This document shows positions 14,548 through 22,143 of a stretch of 42,455 bases of DNA, in pieces. Under the pieces are notes generated by a model. That model was given only the letters and a program-made list of their open reading frames with translations, searched no databases and was not told the origin of the DNA. The translations under genes and the position numbers were made by a program. Position 1 is the stretch's first letter. The number at the start of each line of letters is the position of its first letter. The stretch is from an uncultured Candidatus Saccharibacteria bacterium (GTDB lineage Bacteria > Patescibacteriota > Minisyncoccia > Phycocordibacterales > 2-02-FULL-43-11), in assembly GCA_964649625.1 (NCBI GenBank), contig CAZYRJ010000002.1, forward strand, positions 1 to 42,455. The letters are read 5' to 3'.

Positions 14548-15858
14548 TCAATTAGAAATTGCGTCCTTCAAAAACGCGCTGAGTTTATCGTCTGCCACAA
14601 CGGTCTCAACGCCAGAGGCGAGCTCTTTTATCTTCAGCGTTCCGCTTTTCACCTCATTCTCGCCTATGCAGACGATGTACGGAATGCCTTTTTTGTCGGC
14701 CGCTTTTATCTGGTCGCCGACTTTTCTTCCGGTCATGTCTACCACTGAGGCGACACCTTCAGCGCGCAGTTGGTCGGCAAGACGGTTCGCGTAGGCCAAC
14801 CCGGCCTCGTTTGCGAGGCAAATATCGATTTGGGCAGGATTTTTGAATGCGGGCAATAAGTTTCGGGTTTCCAAAACGTCGCGCATCGTGACATCCCCCA
14901 TGCCGAATCCCACAGCCGGCAGGGGATCAACCCCGAAGGCGGACAGGAGATTGTCATAGCGGCCGCCGCCAAAGAGCGCTCGGCGATTCTTGGGATTAGT
15001 ATCGAATATTTCAAAAACAATGCCCGTATAATAATCGAAGCCGCGCATGAGCGTTTGGTCGAATTGGACGTTGTGGACACCGCGGGATTCGAGGCTTGCG
15101 ATCAGTTTTTCCACGTCCGACAGAGCGGCCGCAAGGTTTTCGTTTTTCGGCAGATGGGACACGAATTCCTCGAAATTGGCCGAATCGAGGAGTGTTAGCA
15201 AAAGTTCATCCTTCTCGCCGATCGCTTCGGTTATCGCTTTTTTGAATTCCGGCTCGGCCATTTTGGCTTTTTTGTCTATCAGTCGGGCGATTTTCCGACC
15301 CAGCTTGTCGTCGAGGTTTAAATAATCCTCGATAACAAAGTTCATTATCTTGCGACTATTGACTCGGACAGTGAAGTCTTTATCGGTTAGTCCGAAAGCC
15401 GTCATGATTCGGTAAGCGAGGGCAATGATCTCGGCGTCGGCTTCCGTGTTAGCCACGCCGAAGAGGTCGCAGTTCAGTTGCCAGTGCTCCCGTAGGCGAC
15501 CGCGCTGAGGTTGTTCGTACCTGAATAAGTTGGGTATAGAAAACCAGCGGATGGGAATAGGGAGACTGCGCCGTCTCCCCGCGATCATTCTGGCGACGGT
15601 CGGCGTCATCTCCGGCCGGAGCGTAACTTCACGCTCGCCGCGGTCCTTAAAAGTGTAGGTTTGTTCGTTGACTAGCTCATCGCCGCTTTTTCCCCGGTAA
15701 AGTTCCGAAGGTTCAAGCACCGACGCGCCATACTCTTCGTAGCCGAAAAGGCGGGCCACTTTTTCCATGGTGTCGGTGAAATGACGAAAGACCAACAAAA
15801 CAAACGGATAAAAATCCCTCACGCCCTTATATGGCTCTAGAGACAGATCATTAGCCAT
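14548..15858 (-). CDS. hisS: Histidine--tRNA ligase
   Basis: 436 aa. Motifs seen: GVRDFYP, class II motif 2 region RYEQPQRGRLREHWQLNCDLFG, GGGRYDNL, and a C-terminal anticodon-binding domain. Confidence 0.93.
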   Translation of the reverse strand: MANDLSLEPYKGVRDFYPFVLLVFRHFTDTMEKVARLFGYEEYGASVLEPSELYRGKSGDELVNEQTYTFKDRGEREVTLRPEMTPTVARMIAGRRRSLPIPIRWFSIPNLFRYEQPQRGRLREHWQLNCDLFGVANTEADAEIIALAYRIMTAFGLTDKDFTVRVNSRKIMNFVIEDYLNLDDKLGRKIARLIDKKAKMAEPEFKKAITEAIGEKDELLLTLLDSANFEEFVSHLPKNENLAAALSDVEKLIASLESRGVHNVQFDQTLMRGFDYYTGIVFEIFDTNPKNRRALFGGGRYDNLLSAFGVDPLPAVGFGMGDVTMRDVLETRNLLPAFKNPAQIDICLANEAGLAYANRLADQLRAEGVASVVDMTGRKVGDQIKAADKKGIPYIVCIGENEVKSGTLKIKELASGVETVVADDKLSAFLKDAISN

Positions 15859-15865
15859 GCCTGAA

Positions 15866-15874
15866 ATTGTAGCA
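15866..15874 (-). promoter_or_regulatory. Extended -10 promoter of hisS (leaderless arrangement)
   Basis: The minus strand reads TGcTACAAT, followed by 7 nt and then the hisS ATG at 15858. Confidence 0.5.
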
Positions 15875-15985
15875 GAGCCGCTGAATAAGAAAAGTTTGCT
15901 TTACGCTATAAGTGTTCTCCTCTGAAAATTGCCGCGATAAGCTTGACATATAGGCCATCGTGATGTAGTTTACAAGGAGAGAAAG

Positions 15986-16378
15986 GTGCGCGAAATGAAA
16001 CTGATCCTATCTAAAGAAGACCTAAAGCCTGAGAATCGTCAGATTCCGCCAGCCAGCCCAACCTTTGACCAATTTACTCTGCCGGTGCAAAGGGCGCTGT
16101 TAGTGTCCAGAGTAGCCGAGTACGAAAACGGAGGGGGCGTTTCCACAATTCTCATTGTGCCCGATGACGTGATTCAGCGCTTCGCCGTCGATGACCGCGT
16201 CGAGTGGAGTGGCAAGTATCCCCAGGAAGATCTGAAGCGGTCATACGGTGAAGGCCCGTTTCAGGTCGTTGGCGTTTGTCTGGAGCCTGGACTCGTTTCT
16301 CACCCCGAGATCGTTACCGTGCTAGTTGGAGGCAAGCCCACTTCATTCTGTGGGGGGCACTTCAAGATCAAAACCTAG
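15986..16378 (+). CDS. Hypothetical protein (orphan)
   Basis: 130 aa. AAGGAG (15974-15979) lies 6 nt upstream of the GTG at 15986, with an alternative ATG at 15995. No motif recognised. Confidence 0.5.
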   Translation: MREMKLILSKEDLKPENRQIPPASPTFDQFTLPVQRALLVSRVAEYENGGGVSTILIVPDDVIQRFAVDDRVEWSGKYPQEDLKRSYGEGPFQVVGVCLEPGLVSHPEIVTVLVGGKPTSFCGGHFKIKT

Positions 16379-16399
16379 TTGACGCTGGGTTTTTTTATT

Positions 16400-16912
16400 T
16401 TACGGTTTAGGCGTGATGTTTTTTGACTGCAAATAGGTTGCGATTGGGGTCTGCTTTTCTACGGCGCTTAAGCTGAAATCGGCCAAAAGGATCAGATTGA
16501 AAAGGAATAGGCCGGCAATGACAGCGAGAACAACGCGGGTCGTGCGCGGCCAATTTTTCTTGCGTAACTCGTAAGGGATGATAATGGCCAGGATACTTAT
16601 GAAAAAGGGCGCTATGAGGTTGATGAGGAAGATGGCACCCCAAACCACGTTTTCAGGCGGAAGGGAGGCTGTTTTCAGGGAGAAAACTGTGCCGAAGGTA
16701 AAACGGACAGCCAGGAAAATATTGCTGGCGTAGAACATCGCGAAGTACAGAAAGAATATGAAGTAGAGCACAGCGATAAAAGACCTTGATTTTGGCTGAA
16801 AATAGTACTTAATGGCCGATTTGAAGTAAGAATCGGGGGCTTTCTGTGCTTCTCCATGGGACATAAAACTGCTCTTTCTGAGCAGCGTTATCCTGCCAGA
16901 TAGTCCACGCAT
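16400..16912 (-). CDS. Hypothetical polytopic membrane protein
   Basis: About 4 TM helices. The start is uncertain (TTG 16918, ATG 16912 or ATG 16864). Confidence 0.5.
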   Translation of the reverse strand: MRGLSGRITLLRKSSFMSHGEAQKAPDSYFKSAIKYYFQPKSRSFIAVLYFIFFLYFAMFYASNIFLAVRFTFGTVFSLKTASLPPENVVWGAIFLINLIAPFFISILAIIIPYELRKKNWPRTTRVVLAVIAGLFLFNLILLADFSLSAVEKQTPIATYLQSKNITPKP

Positions 16913-17153
16913 TGGCAATGGCTACCCCTGGCATTGAAATGCGGCGTCTTCATTTTGTATTCATACTTGTGTAGGTATAATGGCCGCAGCTGTTAGATAG
17001 AAATTAGACAGAAAACAGGTCACCGATGCGTCAGAATCCTTTAGTAAGTTTGAATATTTCAGGAATTTGTTTGCTTTTGAACTTCATTGTAACAGCATAT
17101 AAAGATGAAACGTTTATTAAGAAGGAAAAGGTCGAGATGATTTAAACTGCGGG

Positions 17154-17219
17154 GCCCCTTGCCCTCCCATCGGTCTTTGATGAGCTGATACAAAAGGCCG
17201 GAAAGGAAGGGCAAGGGGC
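17154..17219 (+). promoter_or_regulatory. Long-range stem in the leader of the ECF sigma gene
   Basis: Perfect 12-bp stem GCCCCTTGCCCT (17154-17165) / AGGGCAAGGGGC (17208-17219), extendable by CC/GG across a 1-nt bulge. The 3' arm contains the only purine-rich SD-like tract (GGAAAGGAAGGG). It ends 12 nt before the ATG at 17232. Confidence 0.5.
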
Positions 17220-17231
17220 AACCTAGTCTTC

Positions 17232-17837
17232 ATGATATTGGATAAAGAACTTACAGAATTCGATATGACTTTCGCCGATGTGCCCGATGAAGTGATCTTC
17301 GCGGCATCGTTGAAGAACCCGGTTTTGTTCGAGGTCATCGTCAATCGATACAAGAAGGCATTTTTAAGGAAGGTCGCTCCGGTCGTGGCACCGATGGGCG
17401 GCTTTTCAGGGGCCGAGGACGTAGTCCAGGAGGCATTCGTAAAAATGTACGTCAAAGGCCATTCGTTTAGTCCGCGCGGTACAGGCTCGTTCAAGTCATG
17501 GGCATACGCCGTCCTCATGAACACATGCTATAGCGCGTACAGAAAGGCTCACAGGGAAAGGACGGTTTCGATCGACGAACATGAGGATATCGTGGCTTCC
17601 ATACCAATAGAAGAAGAGCCCGCAGAGAGCAAGTTTTCCTTCGATTTTGCGATTTCCCTCATCGGGAAGTTGCCGGATACCTTGCGCAGGGCAGCCGAGT
17701 GGTATTTCCTCAAAGGCAAAAGCCATCGAGAGATAGCTTCGCTTGAGAGGACCACCGAAGGTGCCATACGCACGAGGATTCACCGCGCCCGGGAGATAAT
17801 GAAAAAACTGGGACGCGATTCGGAAAACAAAAATTAA
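17232..17837 (+). CDS. RNA polymerase sigma factor, ECF (sigma-70 group 4) family
   Basis: 201 aa. Region 2 is EDVVQEAFVKMY..F......FKSWAY.V..N. The region 4 HTH is LPDTLRRAAEWYFLKGKSHREIASLERTTEGAIRTRIHRAREIMKKL. Confidence 0.8.
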   Translation: MILDKELTEFDMTFADVPDEVIFAASLKNPVLFEVIVNRYKKAFLRKVAPVVAPMGGFSGAEDVVQEAFVKMYVKGHSFSPRGTGSFKSWAYAVLMNTCYSAYRKAHRERTVSIDEHEDIVASIPIEEEPAESKFSFDFAISLIGKLPDTLRRAAEWYFLKGKSHREIASLERTTEGAIRTRIHRAREIMKKLGRDSENKN

Positions 17838-17906
17838 CAAAACAGCTTTTCTCATCCGCGAGTTTCTACGTTATTGATAATCACCTCTAAAAAGATGAGT
17901 TTTAAG

Positions 17907-17934
17907 TTGCGAATTTAATTTTCGGTAGTATATT
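17907..17934 (+). promoter_or_regulatory. Promoter (leaderless arrangement)
   Basis: TTGCGA (17907-17912), 16-nt spacer, TATATT (17929-17934), then 7 nt to the ATG at 17942. Confidence 0.5.
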
Positions 17935-17941
17935 TATTGAA

Positions 17942-18346
17942 ATGTTTATCTTTATGCCTCCCGAACATCTACAACCGAGTAGTGATTTCAATGCTCGCGT
18001 AATGAGAAGGGTTCGGGTGATCTACTACGCCAGAAAAGTCGTAAACCCCTTCGTGGTCGAGTCGTTCGGTTTGATCATTTTAGGGGGTGCGACGGCAAAG
18101 TTCGTATCATTCACTAACGTCTTCACGAACTCACCTTCTTTTGTAAATGTTGCTGAGACCGGCCGTTTTTGGACCACGGCATGGCAATCAACGGAATTTC
18201 CGACCCAAGGTCTATCTGTCGCGATGATAATCTTGACGGCCGCCCTTTGCATCCAAGCCGCTAGATTGATAAAGACAGCCAGACAGAACAGGATTTTGAC
18301 CTCAAAGATTTCTCCTCTAATGGTCCGCAAGGAAGTTCAGGTTTAA
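17942..18346 (+). CDS. Membrane protein, putative anti-sigma factor
   Basis: 134 aa located immediately downstream of the ECF sigma gene. It has a short cytoplasmic N-terminus and 2-3 TM helices. The assignment rests on position only. Confidence 0.45.
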   Translation: MFIFMPPEHLQPSSDFNARVMRRVRVIYYARKVVNPFVVESFGLIILGGATAKFVSFTNVFTNSPSFVNVAETGRFWTTAWQSTEFPTQGLSVAMIILTAALCIQAARLIKTARQNRILTSKISPLMVRKEVQV

Positions 18347-18420
18347 ATAACAGGTAAAGCGGCTCAGTAAAGGTCATTTTTATCCGATCCAATCAGTGCG
18401 GGACGCGCCGACGCGCCGCA

Positions 18421-18449
18421 TTGATTTTTGTTACCACTTATGTCATAAT
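18421..18449 (+). promoter_or_regulatory. Sigma70-like promoter with extended -10
   Basis: TTGATT (18421-18426), 17-nt spacer, then -10 CATAAT (18444-18449) preceded by TGt (18441-18443). Confidence 0.55.
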
Positions 18450-18499
18450 GCGAACAGTTCAACCACTACCGATAAACCAGAAAACGGAAAGGACCTTCA

Positions 18500-19291
18500 A
18501 TGAAATTCTGTTTGCCTGTATCGACGCTCCAAGCGCGCCGATTAAGGACCACATTTCGGCTGGCCAAAGCCGCCGGATTCGACATTGTCGAGCTTCTCCT
18601 CGCAGGGTGGATACTTAAGAACCCGATCGAAGCCGCAAAAATGGCCGTGGAGGAAGGGTTCAAAGAGATCCGATTCCATCAAGCATGGACCGAAGTCACG
18701 AGTTCAGAACAGCAGCGTCTTATGCGCATCCTGTGGCAACTTCTTACTAAGGCAGGATGGCTTCCCAAGCCAGGTTCGACGTTTTGGGAAATGGTTCCGG
18801 CTTTAACTCCTGGCGACACTGTTGTCTATGCCGATGAAATGCTTGAGCATGAACTGATGTCGAACCATTGCGTTCAGACCATGTCCACGCTTTCGGATGG
18901 CGAGTTTAAGATGGCGCGGAGCGAATTCGATCAGCGAATGGTTATATCGAAACAGCGGGTGGTATTCGATACCTACCACGACCTACATTATCGCCCCAAC
19001 GGGGAACGGATACTGCGCGAATCCAGCCGTCGCGTGCTTCTCGGATTGTTATTCGCCGATCTTGAGGCCTTAAAGGACAAGATCTGTGAGATCCACGTCC
19101 AAGACTGGTCGTTGCGCAACGGCCGGAGCGTTTGGCCGGGAACAGGCGATCTGCCATTACCGGAGTTCATGCCAGAAATAGCCCAATCGGGAAGGGACGG
19201 CCTGATCATCACGCCCGAGACGAAGTTGTTCCGGCCGACGGCCGACAAGCTGAAGCGTCTCCTCGGCGATACCCAAGATCTTTTGAGTTGA
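18500..19291 (+). CDS. Xylose-isomerase-like TIM-barrel protein (sugar phosphate isomerase/epimerase / AP-endonuclease-2 family-like)
   Basis: 263 aa. The N-terminal ..AKAAGFDIVEL and the C-terminal EIHVQDW..GRSVWPGTGDLPLPEF...AQSGRDGLIITPE fit the family pattern. SD GGAAAGGA lies 6 nt upstream. Confidence 0.5.
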   Translation: MKFCLPVSTLQARRLRTTFRLAKAAGFDIVELLLAGWILKNPIEAAKMAVEEGFKEIRFHQAWTEVTSSEQQRLMRILWQLLTKAGWLPKPGSTFWEMVPALTPGDTVVYADEMLEHELMSNHCVQTMSTLSDGEFKMARSEFDQRMVISKQRVVFDTYHDLHYRPNGERILRESSRRVLLGLLFADLEALKDKICEIHVQDWSLRNGRSVWPGTGDLPLPEFMPEIAQSGRDGLIITPETKLFRPTADKLKRLLGDTQDLLS

Positions 19292-19296
19292 ACCCG

Positions 19297-19328
19297 AAAG
19301 CCCCGACAAAAATCGGCGGCTTTTTCTT
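19297..19328 (+). terminator. Rho-independent terminator
   Basis: AAAGCCCCGA-CAAAAA-TCGGCGGCTTTTT, a 7-bp stem with one bulged C. Confidence 0.6.
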
Positions 19329-19355
19329 GACTTTAATTGAGGATCTGATTAGGTA

Positions 19356-19925
19356 ATGCAGAGAAGATGGACATTACGGCGATATATGAAAAAAACAATT
19401 GTTCTTAAGCGAACGTTTCCCATTCGGGTCGGTGTCTACAACTCAGCCGACGGATATCTTCGGGCGCTGAATGAGTACGGAATGCGCGTAACTTCGAAGG
19501 TCGTGGATCTTCTAGGAGACGAGCGTCAAGACCGGAAATTTTTCCGGCAAGCGCATGAGGATGTCACGCTTGGAGACGTTTCGGTGGATGAGCTAGGTCT
19601 GCCCAACAATGCCTTGTATGGCGACATTCTTTTTGAGGGTATGGGTCGGCGGGTGATTTGGCAAGGGAAAATGTTTGTCTTATCCAAGGCTTTGCCGGAA
19701 GATGGGCTCGAACTCCGCTTAACTTATAAGACTCAGCCAAAAGACGAATGGTTACGCATTGCAATGGATGGGGTAGAGCATCCGATGGGCAATAAGATGA
19801 TCCTGAGGGTCGTCCATGGTCAGAATGGCATTTTGTACCTGGACACCGATGATGGCGGCGACCCGGATGACCCCTTCGATGATCATGTGCGGTTCATTTG
19901 GCGCTTGATACCTCAGGCTTCGTAA
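19356..19925 (+). CDS. Hypothetical protein (orphan)
   Basis: 189-aa ORF with an alternative in-frame ATG at 19386 (MKKTIVLK). It has an acidic C-terminal patch, DTDDGGDPDDPFDD. No family recognised. Confidence 0.5.
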   Translation: MQRRWTLRRYMKKTIVLKRTFPIRVGVYNSADGYLRALNEYGMRVTSKVVDLLGDERQDRKFFRQAHEDVTLGDVSVDELGLPNNALYGDILFEGMGRRVIWQGKMFVLSKALPEDGLELRLTYKTQPKDEWLRIAMDGVEHPMGNKMILRVVHGQNGILYLDTDDGGDPDDPFDDHVRFIWRLIPQAS

Positions 19926-19959
19926 ATGAAGGGGCATCCGGAGGCGTGATCCACGCATG

Positions 19960-19986
19960 GCCGCTTAACTTAGAGCGGCTTTTTTG
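19960..19986 (+). terminator. Rho-independent terminator
   Basis: GCCGCT (19960-19965) / AGCGGC (19974-19979), followed by T6. Confidence 0.6.
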
Positions 19987-20000
19987 TAGCTCAGTTGTTG

Positions 20001-20028
20001 TTGACACGATTTAGGAAATTGTTATCCT
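20001..20028 (+). promoter_or_regulatory. Sigma70-like promoter
   Basis: TTGACA (20001-20006), 16-nt spacer, then -10 TATCCT (20023-20028) preceded by TGt (20020-20022). Confidence 0.45.
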
Positions 20029-20070
20029 TGCGCGAGGGTAATTTTCTTAAGTTCATCGACATGACTGACT

Positions 20071-20955
20071 ATGACAAAATCATCTATTTTTTTCGGGGCC
20101 GTTTTATGCCTGGCCGGTTGTCAAAAACCTCCATCGAACAACAATTTTAATGTTGGGCAAACTGATCGAGTGACCATTGAACAGATCGAGTCGTCATTCC
20201 TCCATCTCGGCGAGCGGCTTGAGCCGGAAATCACCAAGATCGGCGATCCAAAGATCCGTGAAGAGCTGCGTTTACCGTTCGATGTCGTTAAGGTCAACTT
20301 GACCAACGAATACCGCGACTTCCGTAAATTGGAGGAACTTGCCCAAAAAATGCCAGACAGGATGGTCAAGCAGGCTAACATTAATTACTTCAGTTTTCGT
20401 TTCAACCCGCACTCCGTCGGTGTCGCGGCCAGTTTCGTGCCGATCGAGAGATGTGTGTGCATCGACTCGACCTTTGATACGAACAATATCTTTGATCTGG
20501 TCGTGCTATATCACGAATTGAGACATGTGGTGCAGGACACCCTCCATCGAGTTTCTATAAAAACCGACCGAGACTTTGAGCAGTACCAAAATTTCTTGAC
20601 TGCCAAGGCGGGCGAAAAGACCAGGATTCTTCTGGTCGACGAAACAACGGCCTACGCCTACGAGTTGGAACTGCTGAACCTGATCTCAAAGGGACAGCTA
20701 AAAACGCAGGCGTCAGATCCTGGTTTTAATGGAACCTGGTTCAGGAGCCAGTTTGCGATTCGAGATGATCAGTTGGGGGTGGCGGACGTCCTTGCTGAGC
20801 TTTCTGTGCTCTACTTTCCGGAAGGTCTCAGGCAGAGTGCTTTACCTAAACAGTTTGTCCGTAGAGTGGCGGAGAGGTATTGGCAAATGGGTTACGATCT
20901 GTTCATCTTGCATCAGGGGCAATACCACAGGGTAACCGACGATAGTTTTAGATAG
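20071..20955 (+). CDS. Putative lipoprotein with an HExxH zinc-metallopeptidase motif
   Basis: The signal peptide carries a lipobox (FFGAVLCLAGC). There is a single HExxH in VVLYHELRHVVQD. The rest of the protein is unassigned. Confidence 0.55.
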   Translation: MTKSSIFFGAVLCLAGCQKPPSNNNFNVGQTDRVTIEQIESSFLHLGERLEPEITKIGDPKIREELRLPFDVVKVNLTNEYRDFRKLEELAQKMPDRMVKQANINYFSFRFNPHSVGVAASFVPIERCVCIDSTFDTNNIFDLVVLYHELRHVVQDTLHRVSIKTDRDFEQYQNFLTAKAGEKTRILLVDETTAYAYELELLNLISKGQLKTQASDPGFNGTWFRSQFAIRDDQLGVADVLAELSVLYFPEGLRQSALPKQFVRRVAERYWQMGYDLFILHQGQYHRVTDDSFR

Positions 20956-20974
20956 ACCTGAGTCTAAATTCGAG

Positions 20975-21007
20975 CCGCCTCGATTGCCTGAAGGCGGTTT
21001 TTATTTT
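20975..21007 (+). terminator. Rho-independent terminator
   Basis: CCGCCT (20975-20980) / AGGCGG (20992-20997), then TTTTTATTTT. Confidence 0.65.
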
Positions 21008-21146
21008 AGAGTTATGTTTATCAATCCCGTTAGAAGCCGCTTCGCGACGGAAATTCGTAGCTATAATTTATATATGTTGAACTCATTTATTCGTAATAGG
21101 CCGGAGCGATTCGCAGTAGAGCGAAGCGTTTCCTGTTTCTAGCGGG

Positions 21147-22142
21147 ATGAAAATCCTGATCGCTACGGGCATTTATCCGCCGGATATAGGCGGACCGGCA
21201 CGCTATGCCAAAGAGTTAGCCGACGCGGTCAAAGGACTGGGTCACGAGGTGAAAGTTTTGCCGTATCGTTTGGAGCGCAAGTTGCCCTTCGGCATACGCC
21301 AGCTCTGGTATCTAGCTCGATGCCTATTCGCGGCTTCTTCGGCGGATGCTATCATCGCGCTTGATACGGTTAGGGTCGGGTTCCCGGCCGTCGTCGCATC
21401 GTTTTTGATGGGAAAGAAAGTGGCGGTTCGAACCGGTGGTGATTTTCTTTGGGAAGCCTATCTTGAACGAACCGGCTATGAATTGCCGCTTCCGGCGTTC
21501 TATAAAATAATGCCGCCCTTATCGTTTCGAGAGCGGATCATTCAAAAGATCCACCAGTTTCTCTTGGATTACACCGATTTCATGGTGTTCAGTACGGCTT
21601 GGCAGAGAGATATTTGGTTGAGTTTTTACACGATATCCGAAATAAAAGTCCGTATCATTGAAAATTGTTATCACCCGAAACGACAGAATCCCACTCCCGA
21701 TAAAAAGATATTTCTGGGCTCGGCTCGCGATATCGTCATGAAGAATCTGGATAACATCAGGGAAGCCTTTGCTGATGCCAAGAAGAAAATGCCTGAACTC
21801 GAATTGGACCTTAACCCTTACCCGCCCAAAGAATATGATGAAAAATTGAGGACGTGTTACGCGGTCGTTATCGCATCGCTCGGCGATATCAGTCCGAATT
21901 CCATAATTGAGGCGGTTTCTTTCAATAAACCGTTTATCCTGACGAAATACAACGGAATCGAAAAACGGCTAGGGGGCGCGGGTATAATAGTCGACCCGCT
22001 TGATACCCGCGGAATGGCCGAAGCTTTTTTGAAGCTCTCTAAGAAAGACGAATACGACAAGGAGCTCCAAAAGGTCAGGAAGATAACTTTTACTCACTCT
22101 TACGAAGAGATCGCTAAAGAATTTCTAAATTTATTCGTCTAG
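21147..22142 (+). CDS. GT-B fold glycosyltransferase (GT4-like)
   Basis: 331 aa. The N-terminus MKILIATGIYPPDIGGPARYAKELA is typical of GT4. The C-terminal half resembles the nucleotide-sugar binding domain (..IIEAVSFNKPFILTK..G......GIIVDP). Confidence 0.7.
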   Translation: MKILIATGIYPPDIGGPARYAKELADAVKGLGHEVKVLPYRLERKLPFGIRQLWYLARCLFAASSADAIIALDTVRVGFPAVVASFLMGKKVAVRTGGDFLWEAYLERTGYELPLPAFYKIMPPLSFRERIIQKIHQFLLDYTDFMVFSTAWQRDIWLSFYTISEIKVRIIENCYHPKRQNPTPDKKIFLGSARDIVMKNLDNIREAFADAKKKMPELELDLNPYPPKEYDEKLRTCYAVVIASLGDISPNSIIEAVSFNKPFILTKYNGIEKRLGGAGIIVDPLDTRGMAEAFLKLSKKDEYDKELQKVRKITFTHSYEEIAKEFLNLFV

Positions 22143-22143
22143 C

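Noticed and set aside
14525-14560. 10-nt direct repeat ATTAGAAATT, with one copy inside the hisS 3' end and one 26 nt downstream. It could be a relic analogous to the rpsI one.
   Set aside because: The repeat is only 10 nt of A+T-rich sequence. There is no extended in-frame similarity to the HisRS C-terminus, so it is compatible with chance.
13928-14794. 288-aa plus-strand ORF, the longest unexplained ORF in the track.
   Set aside because: It runs antisense through the DEDD exonuclease gene, then the intergenic spacer, then the 3' end of hisS. Both of those genes have clear family motifs. The translation is low-complexity (rich in F, S and V) with no motif, and no promoter-like signal precedes it. 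I treat it as a shadow ORF.
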